This document shows positions 15,215-28,048 of a stretch of DNA of 64,000 nt, in pieces. Made by a program: the position numbers and the translations under genes. How positions within the stretch are numbered: position 1 is the first letter of the stretch; the number at the start of each line of letters is the position of its first letter. The notes below the pieces were generated by a model. The model did not search any database and had not been told where the DNA came from. It saw only the letters and a list, made by a program, of their open reading frames with translations. This DNA comes from Chrysomallon squamiferum (taxonomy: Eukaryota > Animalia > Mollusca), in assembly GCA_012295275.1 (NCBI GenBank), contig CM022672.1, positions 17,546,001-17,610,000 of the forward strand. Reading direction: 5' to 3'.

Positions 15215-15682
15215 TGATGACGATGGTGCTAAAAATACGTTTGCATTGCTAACAGTAATTAGCCTTTCTAGTTCATTTACAATCATTATACTTCTCTGTT
15301 GGTCTTTCTTTTCACAATATAAGCAATGAATGGTGTAAACAGTACTTTCGCCTGTAACCTAAGAATGACCTAAACGAAGCTTGTGGCTGGGTTCCACATA
15401 TTACGTAATAAAGATGATTACGCTGTTGCTAATTAACTCTCGCTGGATTCCCTGCAGTGCTATGACGCATCAGCAGCTGCACCATTTGTGTCCGTGGTGT
15501 CATCTTCACATCGTTCACCTACGCACAACGAAATAGTTCCCTGTCTTTACACCTAATGTGGTATCTAGATAATATCATTTAGATTTCAAACCGGCTGATA
15601 TGAGAAAAAAAAAAAAAAAAATGTATTTCTGGATCCATTAATGGAAATTGCATTCAGTAAATTATACAGTATTTCCATCCAG

Positions 15683-15687
<5 letters not shown>

Positions 15688-15758
<71 letters not shown>
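15688..15758. repeat. (AG)n microsatellite
   Basis: Directly visible. Confidence 0.98.
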
Positions 15759-15763
<5 letters not shown>

Positions 15764-16392
15764 GATCAGTGCTTTAATATTGAAAAACAGACCTATGTCC
15801 AGAATGGGAGTTTTAACATTTTCAACACGATTGGTCTGTTTTGCAGTTCACACTCAAAACTTTGTATTAAATTATTGAACTAGACATTTTGGTCCAGACC
15901 AGAGAATTTTTATTGTCTTAAACTGAAGTCTGGAATATGAAAAAAAACAAAACATTATCAATACTATGCTGTCTACAAACTTAGAAATAAACAGATGATT
16001 TTATTTGTTCTTGTTGTTGATGTTTTAAACAGAGTTTATTTGTAAGAAAATAAGCTTTAAAAAAACACAAACAAAATAAAAAACTAATTTTAGAGATTTC
16101 ATCATTATTTCCAATCCTGAAAACGTCAACAACATCACAACAGAAAAATAACATGCAAAATGTATGAAACATGCACACTGAGGCTTCAGTCTTGTGTATT
16201 TTCTGTATTGTACGTATTACTTTGAAATCTAAAATTTAAAAATTACAAAAAAAAAAAAAATAATAATAATAATAATAATAATAAATAATAATAATAATCA
16301 TAACTACATTTTTGTTGTGAATTTATATAAGGGCTTTATAACATGATTTTTTTTGTTTTAACTGTTTAGTTATTTTATTTTCTCTTTGACAG

Positions 16393-16583
16393 ACAAATCC
16401 TCTACGGACGATGCCGAGAGGTCGCTATGCGCCCTGGTGAAGCTCGCCTCCAACTGGGAGTGCATTCCCACAATGCTCGACGGCCTGGCAGCGTACATGC
16501 GCAATGTTCTCACGGTCATAGACGGTCTCGATTGTCCAGGCATCGAGAAAGCGGTCAACGAGCTCTTCAATCAGATAGTTCAA
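16393..16583 (+). CDS. PLCE1: PLCE1-like exon 1 of window (internal; helical N-terminal region)
   Basis: Acceptor tttgacag|ac (starts phase 1) and donor caa|gtaagt. GC-rich coding composition; encodes DKSSTDDAERSLCALVKL...NQIVQ. Phase 0 end matches the next exon. Confidence 0.82.
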
Positions 16584-16892
16584 GTAAGTTTTAACACATC
16601 GGTAGTCTCGATATCTTTTGATAGTTCAAGTAAGTTTTAACACATCGGTAGTCTCGATATCTTTTGATAGTTCAAGTAAGTTTAACACGTTGGTAGTCTC
16701 GATATCTTTTGATAGTTCAAGTAAGTTTAACACATCGGTAGTCTCGATATCTTTTGATAGTTCAAGTAAGTTTAAACACATCGGTAGTCTCGATATCTTT
16801 TGATAGTTCAAGTAAGTTTAACACATCGGTAGTCTCGATATCTTTTGATAGTTCAAGTAAGTTTAAACACATCGGTAGTCTCGATATCTTTT
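16574..16892 (+). repeat. 45/46-bp minisatellite, 7 near-identical copies, spanning the exon 1 donor
   Basis: Unit gatagttcaagtaagttt(t/a)aacacatcggtagtctcgatatctttt starts at 16574, 16620, 16666, 16711, 16756, 16802 and 16847. Confidence 0.97.
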
Positions 16893-17076
16893 TATTTTTC
16901 TCATCGCTTAAAGGTGGCTTTGTAAATACACTGTTACTTGATAACAAAAAAATAAATAAATAAACATGCTATGGTGAATTTATTGGCTTTAATTGTCTAT
17001 TTTATAGTTTATTGATTGACCGATTGATTGAATGATTGATTGATTGATTTGACTGAGTGATTTCTTTCTTTCTTCG

Positions 17077-17108
<32 letters not shown>

Positions 17109-18484
17109 CTTTGACAAACTGTCATAATAAATTAGCTACAAAAAGTAGCTGAAAATTATCCTATGGTTAAAGAATCGCTGAGATTTCTGTTTTTAACACC
17201 GTCTTAGACCAGATCCGAGTTAAATAAAAATAAATAAATAAATGAACAAACAAATAAATAACATATTACAGATGGAGAATTCAAGGCTCAACATTTTTCC
17301 ATAGAATATTTATTTTCGGATTTTTTTACAAATCATATTTCCAACAAACTTTTATTTATTTATTTACTTATTCATTTATTTATGATATTTTATTTCGTTT
17401 TTATTTTTATATTCTATTTTTATTTTTATTTAGTTTTCTTTTTAGTTTTTTTAAATTTTTTAGTTTTTTAATTTACTTATTTTTTCGAAACTTTTACATT
17501 ATGCAACAGAAAGCAGACTTCTCTTGAAAATATCAGTGCAAACGGGGTAATTGATTTTTAATGTCAATGAAGTGAAATGAGGACAAAGTCAAGATTGTTG
17601 TGTGTTACCACGTTTCCAAAAGGTGTATTGGGGACGTCGATCTTCGACTTGTCTTGATAGATTAATACAGCCAACGTTCACAACGTCACCTCCGACGTCG
17701 CACTTTGTCTGTGTCTGTCTAGGGTCAGTAATGTAGTGGTAACCCTCATGCGAAAAAAGATCGATTTCCTTAAACATATCGATATTCGAGAGGCTGGATT
17801 AAGCACAGCCGATCACTTCAAGACTCTGGTGTTTGCCAGTACCATTTTGGTTTTTCTTTTTAAATTTTATTTATTCTCTTCTGTTGCTTTGCGTTCTGGG
17901 TCTGTTTATGGAAATCAGCAGTATTAAAATTAAAGTTTTGAAAATATATTTGACAGATATGCTAAATGATCGACAAATGATCTGCGTTCCATTTTTAATG
18001 GTGTTTTAAAATATTAATAAATCATATCCTGTTTTTGATACTTCTTTCATTTCAAAACAAATTACTGTTATTAATACAGTTCTGCTGCTGCTCTGTCCAT
18101 GCAAAGCAGATCAAAAAATATTTTTTATAAATTGAATGAATGAATAAATAATAATAATATATATACATATACATATATATATATATATATATATGCAGTT
18201 ATTATTACTTTTTTTTTTTTTACTTAATTTTATTATACTTTATTTTATTTTTTTTTTTTTTTTTTTTTCATTTTGCTGAGTTTGCATAGCTAAGGTTAGT
18301 AAAATATTATTTAAATAACAGCCAGAACGAGGGTAAATACAAAGCATTACAAAAAGATGCTTTATAATTAGGATCTATTTTCTGATTTTAAAGTAAAAAC
18401 AAGAAATCAACAACAAAACTGTTTTACGTTTTGTTTCAGTTTTAAATATGATTAATTCGTAATATTTTTCATTTTTCTTTTCAG

Positions 18485-19159
18485 TCGTGCTTTGAACAGC
18501 TGCAGGCGTGCACAAAAAACGACGAAAAACATTCCATTCTTTTGGAACTCTCCAAGTTACTCAACACTGCCCTGGAATTACTCAAAGGGAGACAATCACT
18601 GCACTTCACGGCGCTGAACACGATCAACAAAATAATAGACATGTGCATTGTACACAAAAACTACGAGCTGGGCTCGATGACAAAAAGCGTCGAGTGTGTC
18701 TCATCGCCTTTCGACCTGCAACATTCTTCGCCAAAACGAAAAAACGACGGTGCTAACGTCTGCCAGGAGGAGTCGACGACGACGTCGTCGACGGTCCACC
18801 GCATCTCTTCGCTGCACAAACGCCGTGCCAGCACCGTGCACGAGCACCCGGACGAAGACGAGGCGAAGGCGACGGCGGTGTTCATCAACAGGACGCCCCT
18901 GGAGATCCTCACCTCCCTCGACCCGAGTCACGTCATCGCCGTTCTCCACAACAACATCACGATGCAAAAACGAAACACTGGCTCGCGGCAGAAGTGCACG
19001 CCCAGTGTCCGCTGGCGCCACTGCACGCACCACTGTCTGCAGATTCTCAGCGCGCGCATTCTAACAGTCATGTCCCACGGCGCGCACGTTCAAAAGAAAA
19101 TGATCAGTGACGGCCATATACGAACTTTAGTGGAGGCCCTCGATCCGAATCACGACCCA
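18485..19159 (+). CDS. PLCE1: PLCE1-like exon 2 (ARM-like helical region)
   Basis: Acceptor ttttcag|tcg, donor cca|gtaagt. 675 nt open: SCFEQLQAC...GHIRTLVEALDPNHDP. High GC3. Confidence 0.88.
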
Positions 19160-19459
19160 GTAAGTTTGTTGACGTAACTGTCGTAATTCGTTAGTTCCAG
19201 ATGCAAAACGAAATCACACATCTCTGCTTCTCATTCTTTTCTCTGTGTCCCCCATATTTGCACCTAATTAATGATAATTATAAACACAACCATTAATTCT
19301 AAAATAATCAGAACTTACTGCTCCTGCACCTTCTGATAAAATAATAAAAACGATGGTAATGATGGTACAATTAATTAAAGTAATGACAGTGTAATAAATA
19401 AGATGGTAATTTTTAAGAAGAAAGACTCATCCATGCAATTTCAGCATTTCATCGTTATT

Positions 19460-19489
<30 letters not shown>

Positions 19490-19490
<1 letters not shown>

Positions 19491-19590
19491 CATTACTATT
19501 ATTATTCCATCATGTACACACCAAGCCAATTGATCATTATTATTATCATTACTATTATTATTCCATCATGTACACACCAAGCCAATTAAT
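19490..19590 (+). repeat. 57-bp tandem duplication just upstream of exon 3
   Basis: attattccatcatgtacacaccaagccaatt occurs at 19501 and again 57 nt later. Confidence 0.85.
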
Positions 19591-19626
19591 TACTCTGGTG
19601 TGTGTGTTACCTGTTTTCTCTTTCAG

Positions 19627-19873
19627 CAACTGTTGTGTCTTCTGCTTCAATGCCTTGCCTGTATAGCTTTGAATCCCAATCACCATCAAGCATTAAACGA
19701 TGCTGATATTTCCGACATGCTTATGCAACTGCTTCTTCCATCGGATGAATGGTACTACACCAACCACAGCACCAAGTATGCAAAGTTTGTCAAGTACCAC
19801 GCAGCCCGAATCCTCGTCTACATGGGAATGCTGCACAAGCTGGGAGGTCGTGTTGACTTGTTTGACCGCAGAC
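19627..19873 (+). CDS. PLCE1: PLCE1-like exon 3 (ARM-like helical region)
   Basis: Acceptor ctttcag|caa, donor c|gtaagt (phase 1). Encodes QLLCLLLQCLACIAL...DEWYYTNHSTKYAKFVKYHAARILVYMG...DRR. Confidence 0.88.
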
Positions 19874-19917
19874 GTAAGTTTATGTGTCAGTGATGTGCGG
19901 TAAACATCGTTTCTGTG

Positions 19918-19997
19918 CATGATGATGATGATGATGATGATGACAGTGATGATGATGGTCAGGATTATCATTGTTATTGTTGCTACTGTTGTTGCTG

Positions 19998-20034
<37 letters not shown>

Positions 20035-20262
20035 TATTATTGTTATTGTTATTATTATTGTTATTATTATTGTTATTATTATTGTTATTATTATTATTAC
20101 TATATTATTATTGATTTATTATTATTATTATTATTACTATTATTACTATTATTATTACTATTATTATTATTATTATTATTACTATTATTATTGTTATTAT
20201 TATTATTGTTGTTATTATTATTATTATTATTACTATTATTATTACTATATTATTATTATTGA

Positions 20263-20319
<57 letters not shown>

Positions 20320-20337
20320 TATTATTACTATTATTAC

Positions 20338-20376
<39 letters not shown>

Positions 20377-20390
20377 CATCATCATCATTA
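19918..20390. repeat. Long (GAT)n/(TAT)n trinucleotide tract
   Basis: Directly visible; the source of the poly-I/L/Y/N pseudo-ORFs. Confidence 0.98.
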
Positions 20391-21375
20391 TTTAACAGAC
20401 GATGATATCTTCTGGTTATTTCCATGAGCAGTATGTTTATCTGTTACATTCCATAAGCTATAAGAGACAGTTTCCGCATGTGACAAAAGTCAAACAACTT
20501 TGCAAAAATGCAGTTGATTGTGTCAGTAACCAAACTGAGTGATTATAAGCACAACTGTAAATGCATGATAGCATGATGCTTGTTGTTTGGCCTCTTTCTG
20601 TGTCGTCTTGCCAAGCTGAACAGTTGCCATTAATAATGATTACTCAATGGAGTTTGGTTGTTTCACCTTTCATACTTTCATTGTAAGTCATCAATGACAT
20701 CCAGTAACCGTTAATACAAAAATATGTGGAAGTGATGATTTATTTTTCAAAGGGCTTTTTCATTATTATTATTATTTATTATTATTTTTTTATTATTATT
20801 ATTTATTGTTTTTTTATATATAATTTTTTTTTTCCCAGTTCCAATTTTAAGTTATAGAAACAAATCCTGTAATGTTCTTTTAATAACAGTTATTTTCCTT
20901 TCACTCTCAATTTTATGATCATCATTACCATTGATAATTCTTATTATGTTTGCAATAAGCTGTGTTCATAAAAATTTAACTGTTTGAAAATCAGACTCAA
21001 ACATAATAATTGGATTATTAAAATAAAAAAGAAAATAACAACAAGTGATAAATGACAAATCAGAATTTATTGTTTCTAATGAATACGATGAGACTGACCA
21101 CCCCAAAAGAGTTACAAACAATAGCAGTAAATAAATAACATAAAATCAGACCAATAAATAAGAAATGAAAAAAAATGGACCGCTTATGGAATCAGTTGTT
21201 AATATCATTTCAAACACATCTGGCAGCAGAAATTAAATAAAGATAGTTTAACTCAAATAACTGTAATAATTAAATAAAAATAAAAAATATAGGTAGTCTA
21301 GTTCAAATAATGATAATAATTAAACGACTGCTCTGGCAAAATGTAATTAAGATCATCACAAATTTTTTTTTCCAG

Positions 21376-21530
21376 CTTTCAAAGAGCTTCCTTGCAACCC
21401 ATTGCTTCAAGTGCATTCACCGGAGGATTGTTTTATTGAGCTGATGGCCATGGGAAGCATCGTTGTGTACAACAATGACCAGCACGTGCAGGCTGCCTCG
21501 CTTGAAGGCTTGGTAGCAGAACTTATTCAG
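21376..21530 (+). CDS. PLCE1: PLCE1-like exon 4 (start of REM-like motif)
   Basis: Acceptor ttttccag|ct (phase 1 matches exon 3), donor cag|gtaata. Encodes PFKELPCNPLLQVHSPED...VQAASLEGLVAELIQ. Confidence 0.86.
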
Positions 21531-21680
21531 GTAATATATGCGCAAACACACTTCTCAGTGTGTAGAACTTCCGAAATAAATCTTTTAGTAAAAAGGCTAA
21601 TTTTTTTTTTTTTATTTTTTTTTTTTCAATTGTATAAAAAAGACCATTATATGACAAAATAGATCATGAAATTATACTGA

Positions 21681-21711
<31 letters not shown>

Positions 21712-22543
21712 AAAAAATATATATATGTTCATCTTTCAGAGAAAAGAAAAATCAAAATTATTGACCTAGTAATTACATATGTGTGCATCTCTGTGTGTGT
21801 GTGTGTGTTTGTTTGTCTTTGAGTTTACAGACATATGTACATATATATTACACATGTATGCTTACTGCAGAAAAGGATTCTAAAATTACATCTTATACAT
21901 CTAGAACTTTCATAATAACAGACAAGAACAAAACTGTTATTAGCAGCAACAGCAGTAAGTCTTTCAGAATTACAGACCACCCCAGGTCTGGAAAAGATAA
22001 CATTGGTACATAGGTTGTTTAGTGGTAGCTTCAGTAAAAGCAATACAGTAGGTTCACTCTGGAGAATTGATCCAGAAACCTGTGACACATCAAGTGCTGC
22101 ACATTGTGTTGCAGCCCACTTTCCTTCGAAACAAAGGCTGTAATTAGTGGAGACAAAAATAATAGCAAGCAGGTGGCAAGACTAATGTCTGGAGAGTTAA
22201 TTACCATCTCCACATATAACAGACTGCTTCTGTAGAAAGGGTGCTATACTTAATATATATATATATATATATATATATAATGCTTGTTATTATAGTTGTT
22301 GTTGTTGTTGTTGTTATCAATTTTCTAGAAAATCAGTAGAGAGGAATAACTGCTTTGTATCATAACCTCTTATTTATTTATTTATTTATTATCAATATAT
22401 TATCGTTATCTTTATTATTATTATTATTATTTTTTTTTTTTTATTATTATTGTTGTTGTTTTTTTATTATTATTATTGACAAAGTTATTATTATTATCAG
22501 TATCATTATTATTATTATATTTATCATATCATCATCATCATAA

Positions 22544-22588
<45 letters not shown>

Positions 22589-23304
22589 CATTTCAGTTCA
22601 TTGTATTCATCATATTTACAATTTACATATATTACACACACACACATCAAGTGATCTGTTTTACCCTCACAACGCAAGTAATTTCCCTATGGCAATATTA
22701 CATTACAGTTTTAATATTCAGAGAATACAAACCTACACTGCACCAATCATCTCCAATTACCTCTAGGTAGCAGTCAATAGCCAGAGTTGACCCCAGAAAC
22801 CTGCTGATCCAAAATATTTTAGTCATCTGATTTATGGCACAAAGTCATACTGGTGCATAAACAGTTATTTTGCAAGTGGATAGATAACCAGCTGATTCAG
22901 TTCCTGAAACGAGAGATTTTGAGTAAACTGTTGAATTATATAGTTAGTAAACTATTAAGTTTAATATATATTTTTAAAAAATCATTACAGATACTAACAC
23001 AAAACATGTTTTTGAGACTGGTTTGAACAGGAATTAGTTGACTGAAATAGTCAAATAGCTGTGTTTGTTTGTTTGTATGTATGTATTTATATCTCTGTTT
23101 ACATATCTTTGTATCTATCTATTTATCTGCATCTATCTATCTGTTACATAGACAGATAGATAGATAGATAGATAGACTCTCAAACTTCATATCATCTTGA
23201 AGTAAAATGTGGATCTTGACCACTTCTTTTTATGTAATAATTTGTATGTATATTTCAAACCCCAAGAATAAAATACAAAAGAATGTGTATATACATTTAG
23301 ATAC

Positions 23305-23354
<50 letters not shown>

Positions 23355-24240
23355 ACTGACAGATATGCACACATATAAGTACACATATAAACACACAAAC
23401 ACACACACACACACACACATAAATATATTAGCTTAAATAGTAAAACACTATATTTCCACTGTAACTGTTCTAGTTCAGTTTGTCTTAGTGAAGTAAACAG
23501 ATAGTCACAGTGGAAATATAGTATCTTACTATTTAAGCTGATAAATAAATTGACCCTAGAGAGTGCAATTAGTAACATTCTAATACATGGCACTTACAAT
23601 TATATTCTACCACTATAATATAAATACTATTGGTAATTGTTCAAACATTGGCAGTATCAGAAAGGTAGTGGATACATTATTATTTTAAATCATTATATTT
23701 AAATTTTTAAATATATCCTAGTCCTTTATTGGTAAAATCTGGGATTTTTTATATTTTGGGGTTTTTATTTTTTGATAAGCCCTATTTTTTTTTTTTTTTT
23801 GGTAATAATTCCATTTTTATTATTCATACATTATTTGTCAAAACAAAAAATAATCTGCAGTAAAAAAAATTTTAAAAGGCAAAAATGAAAGAAAAGAAAA
23901 GAAACTGAAATAAACCCACAGAAAAAAACCTCCACCACTATTTCTGTTTGCTGCATATTTTTAAATTGTCTTTGCAATGACATTGACGAAAACCACATGT
24001 GTATGAATCTAATAAATAATGCTTGAAAAAAATGAATACATGATCTGCATTAGTCAATTTTTTTTTCAAATTTGATTTCAATTTTCATACCAGTTAACAA
24101 ATAATGTGAGTAGCATCAGACATCACGACAGTGATAGTTGAAGCAGTCACAGTAACAGTAGCGCAAAAGAAGCAAAAGTAGTAAAAGTAGCTGCAGCAGC
24201 CATAGCAGTAGCATAAACAGTAGCAGTAGTGGAAGCAGCA

Positions 24241-24400
24241 ACAGTAGTAGTTGTAGCAGGATTAAACAATAACAGTAACAGTAGTAGCTGAAGCAGGATT
24301 AAACAATAATAGTAACAGTAGTAGTTGTAGCAGGATTAAAAAATAACAGTAACAGTAGTAGCTGAAGCAGGATTAAACAATAACAGTAGCAGTAGTAGTA
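24241..24400 (+). repeat. 37-bp minisatellite (4 copies, alternating dimer) inside a degenerate (AGT/AGC)n tract
   Basis: gcaggattaaa starts at 24256, 24293, 24330 and 24367, preceded alternately by ttgta and ctgaa. Confidence 0.9.
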
Positions 24401-24667
24401 GTAGTAGCAGCACTAGTAGAAGCAACACTTGAATTAGTCATAGAGAACAAGTAGTAGCATTAGTAATAGAAACACTAGCAATAATAACTGCAAAAGAAGA
24501 TGCTGCAGGAACAGCAGTTACAGTAATGGTAACTATCTAAAATGATCTATTTTAAATGTTATGTAGTTGTAATTAATTTAATTTTATTACAAAACAATTC
24601 ATTTTTAATACTTTTTGAAGAGTTTTTAAATTTTTAAATTTTTAAAAATTTTTCTTTGTTTCTATAG

Positions 24668-26257
24668 GAAGCCATTGTTGAAGAGCGAGGAAGTCAAAAT
24701 CCTGTAATCCAGCTCTCTGGATCAGTGCAAAGTCTGTACGGGACGTCGGAAATTGACATGAACTTAAAATCAGGTCAGATATTTTCACCAAATGTGTCGC
24801 CATACTCATCTCTAGAATTTTTGAACAATCTACACCTTATGCCTTTCAGGGAGTACGTATTCACGGCTCTCCCAATACTTGTGCACCCTGTTATTGTTCT
24901 GCGCCTGCTCGCTCACAAACTCTTCGGCAATATGATTCGCAGGAAGAACCTGTACTCCGACACCAAGCTGAAGCCTCCGAAAGTGGACAAAGCAGACATG
25001 TATCCTCCTCGCAAAAGTGACGAGGCGGATTCCGACGCGAACAAGGATACTCTGTCAAAGAGGAGGAAAACCAACCTGCATGTTGTGATATCAGATCCCC
25101 CTGAGGAGGTCTCCCCCTCCGCGAAGGCGCCAAATGTTATTTCACAAGAGAAAGAAACAGCCAAATCAAACAACCATGTGCCAAATATTAACGGAACGAC
25201 AAAAGCAGCTATAATGATGGTTGCAGACAGCTTAGTCACTCCGCTAGGTGGGCCGATAGGGCCTAACAAGTCGACGGGGGACGGGGTTGGTGAAGTGCCT
25301 GATTCAGCTTCCGATGTCAAAACGAGCACCTCTCGTCGATTCATCCACTGGCCGAGTAAAAAACGCATGTCGAAGTCGCAAGCCAACGTTTCTGTTGTGC
25401 ATCAGGACAGCATATCGAGCCAGATAAGCAACATGAGCGACCCAAACGAACTGAGCCCGTGCTCGACGCCCGATATGGATATTGTAGCATTTCAGAGAGA
25501 GCTCATCAACCTGCCGACTTTCGTTATGGATACTCCGACAACCGACGTCTCTCCAGTGTTTTCCCGTTCTAGTTCTGTACCGGAGAACCTGTCTCAGCAC
25601 TTGACCCCGAGCCAGTCGCAAGACACTCTGAGCCAGCAACTGGGAAGCGATGACGAAAAAACATCAGCGAAACCAGCTGAGCCGGTGTGCGACCTGACAT
25701 CCGTGGTGACCATTACGAAAACGGAAGCAGACACAACCGAGGACAGAAACGTGACACTGAATTCCGCGGACGATGCTGACCCCGTGACAGACAGTGCCGC
25801 TCGGATTATCGTGCATTTCGAAGCTCCAAACTCTCCTCAGCTGTCGAATTCCAGTCAGAGTCCTCAGCACACTTTCGACTACCCCTCGCCTCCCCAGTCT
25901 TCTTTTCTATACAACAATCACCTCTCGCCGTGCGAGCAGCCGGGCGTGGTCCAGTCTCAACACTACCTCTTTCCATCCCTGCCTTCGTCCGCTGTGAGCT
26001 TCGGCAGTTCTGTCGTGGATCACTCGCCCGCGACGTTGCTGAAGTCGAGCCAGGCGCCGTCCCCCATGACGGAGATGCCGTCGAACCACCAGGGAATCCT
26101 GAAAGTCATCGAGTCGTGGATCCGCATTTGTCGCATGGATTTCGACGGGTCGCACTTGCTGGCCATCGAGACGAAGGATTTTCTGAAAAAGCTGTCAATT
26201 CTTGGATACGAGTACAAAGTGTGGTGTCAGCGAATGGGAAGCATGCTTTACTTAGAG
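24668..26257 (+). CDS. PLCE1: PLCE1-like exon 5 (1590 nt; REM-like helices flanking a long Ser/Pro/Thr-rich insert)
   Basis: Acceptor tctatag|gaa, donor gag|gtatgt. 530 open codons covering ORF 24725-26272. Phase 0 at both ends. Confidence 0.9.
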
Positions 26258-26816
26258 GTATGTGATATGTAAAATACATTTATTAATGTGATGAAAATGA
26301 TTTGTGGAGGGTGAAGAACTAAATTTTTTAAAATTGCTTTGGAAAAGAATTAAAAAAACTTTTTTTTTTTTTTTTTTTATAGTTACCTGGCTGGTTAATT
26401 CAACCAGTTCAAGTATATGTTATAATTTATAAATTGAAAAATTTAAAGTGTAGTATCTTATTAAAAATATAAGAAAGGTGTAAATCAGTAAAAAAAAATT
26501 AATAAAGTTAAAATAATTACCTTGCACTGAAATGAAAATTGTATTTATATGCTGTCTCACTGTAGATGAAAAGAAAACATCAATAAAATTAATCTTTAAA
26601 AATACATTCAATCAGAATCTCTCTCTCTCTCACTCTGTACACAAATGGACCTTAATAAAACACAGATATGCCCAGAAACACAAACACAAATGAAGACAAA
26701 TACTTCCATTATAAACACATATACATTTACACTTTTCATCCATAATTCAGACAGACATACAAACATATTACATTGCAAATATATTCCAAGTCTAACTGAA
26801 TGGATATTTCTTCCAG

Positions 26817-26888
26817 GATCTTGAGAAAACAGACAGCTCCTTAGAGGCCAGTGATGATGCAGCAAACGTTCATGCCCAGTATAAAAAG
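26817..26888 (+). CDS. PLCE1: PLCE1-like exon 6 (72 nt linker leading into FERM F2)
   Basis: Acceptor ttcttccag|gat, donor aag|gtaaaa. Encodes DLEKTDSSLEASDDAANVHAQYKK; joined to exon 7 it gives the FERM-like QYKKLQQLVVSGALP. Too short to appear in the ORF track. Confidence 0.78.
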
Positions 26889-27134
26889 GTAAAACTTGAA
26901 TAATATATGTATATATATGTTATCAACAGTTTTAAAACGTATTGATATCAATTCATGTTTACACTATTAAAAATGACTGAGGACTCCAAATAATGTTTGT
27001 GTATGTGCAAGTAACATCTACAGATAATTCTGAGTTTAAAATTAAAACTTTGGGGGGAAAATAATTTTGACCTTGCATGAGACAACACTTTAATAAGCAC
27101 AGCTTTCATTCTCTAACATCTCTGCTAACTGCAG

Positions 27135-27356
27135 GTCTTGTCTCGAGATTACAGACAAGCAGTTGTCTGTGGTTTAAAAGTACAGTGTCAGCCTGAGGAA
27201 CAACAGGTCAAGGAGGTGCCCTCCTTCGTGTTACCACTGGCTGTTTCCCATCCACATCTTCAATTATATCGAGTATTCGAACACACGCTAATTTTTGTCC
27301 CGAGGGTTGAGAACTGTTTGACCACAACGAACGTGGTCATTAACAGCTTGTTCTGA
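27135..27356 (+). CDS. Candidate alternative terminal (or cassette) exon in intron 6
   Basis: CTAAC branch-like motif at 27113-27117, pyrimidine tract and ctgcag| acceptor. Phase 0, in frame with exon 6; 73 codons to TGA; AATAAA at 27506-27511. No recognisable homology. Confidence 0.35.
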   Translation, partial: VLSRDYRQAVVCGLKVQCQPEEQQVKEVPSFVLPLAVSHPHLQLYRVFEHTLIFVPRVENCLTTTNVVINSLF

Positions 27357-28048
27357 CCAGCTCTTTAAAACTGCAGAGAAAGAGAAACATATCCAGAGTG
27401 AAACCATTTTGAAATGTGGTTCCATCCATTGAAGGTTTAAGCAAATATGTCTTGGACACACTAATCAGTAGCTTGGTGTGTTGTGGTGGAGAGTTTGTTA
27501 TAAAGAATAAAAAAGGAATGAAAGTTGTTATACCTTTCCAGTTATATATCTGTGATTTCACTGATTTCATGATGGTATGACCATTTGGTCTCTATGGCTG
27601 GGTTTGTGTAACTTAAACAGCAATTATTTTATAACTTAATTTGTATACAAGTCAATAACGTTATTTGTCCATGTAGGGCCTACAGAATTAGCATATTTTA
27701 ATGGTGTTTATGGAGATACTCAGTCTCTATAGGAGATTTATAACACGTCTAGATTAATTGACATTGAGTGAAAACTGGTAACTAGGAACTGTGTCACCAG
27801 CCAATTATTTGATCCTTCTCCTGAGTTATTTTACTTATGTGTTTATTTTAGTGTATAAAAATCATACACACCTGTCTAGCTGACACTGGATTATAATTAC
27901 CTATTCATCTTTTATCTTGACATTTAAAGAAACCCATTGATTAATAAAATATATTTTAAAGATATCCAGTCTTTGTAATACATTTGTAATAGCACAAAAG
28001 CCATTTGAATAGACTATATGATATAATAATATTATTATTTAGCTTATA

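Noticed and set aside
16574-16892. Regular 45/46-bp array as a CRISPR array
   Set aside because: The units are head-to-tail with no unique spacers, there are no cas genes and the context is a eukaryotic intron. It is a minisatellite.
21871-22240. Possible extra exon after ctgcag at 21870 in intron 4
   Set aside because: In the required phase 0 it hits TAA after 14 codons, and exons 4 and 5 join cleanly without it.
24891-26265. Several overlapping alternative-frame and antisense ORFs within exon 5 (and similarly within exon 2)
   Set aside because: Expected by-products of GC-rich coding sequence, with no independent signals.
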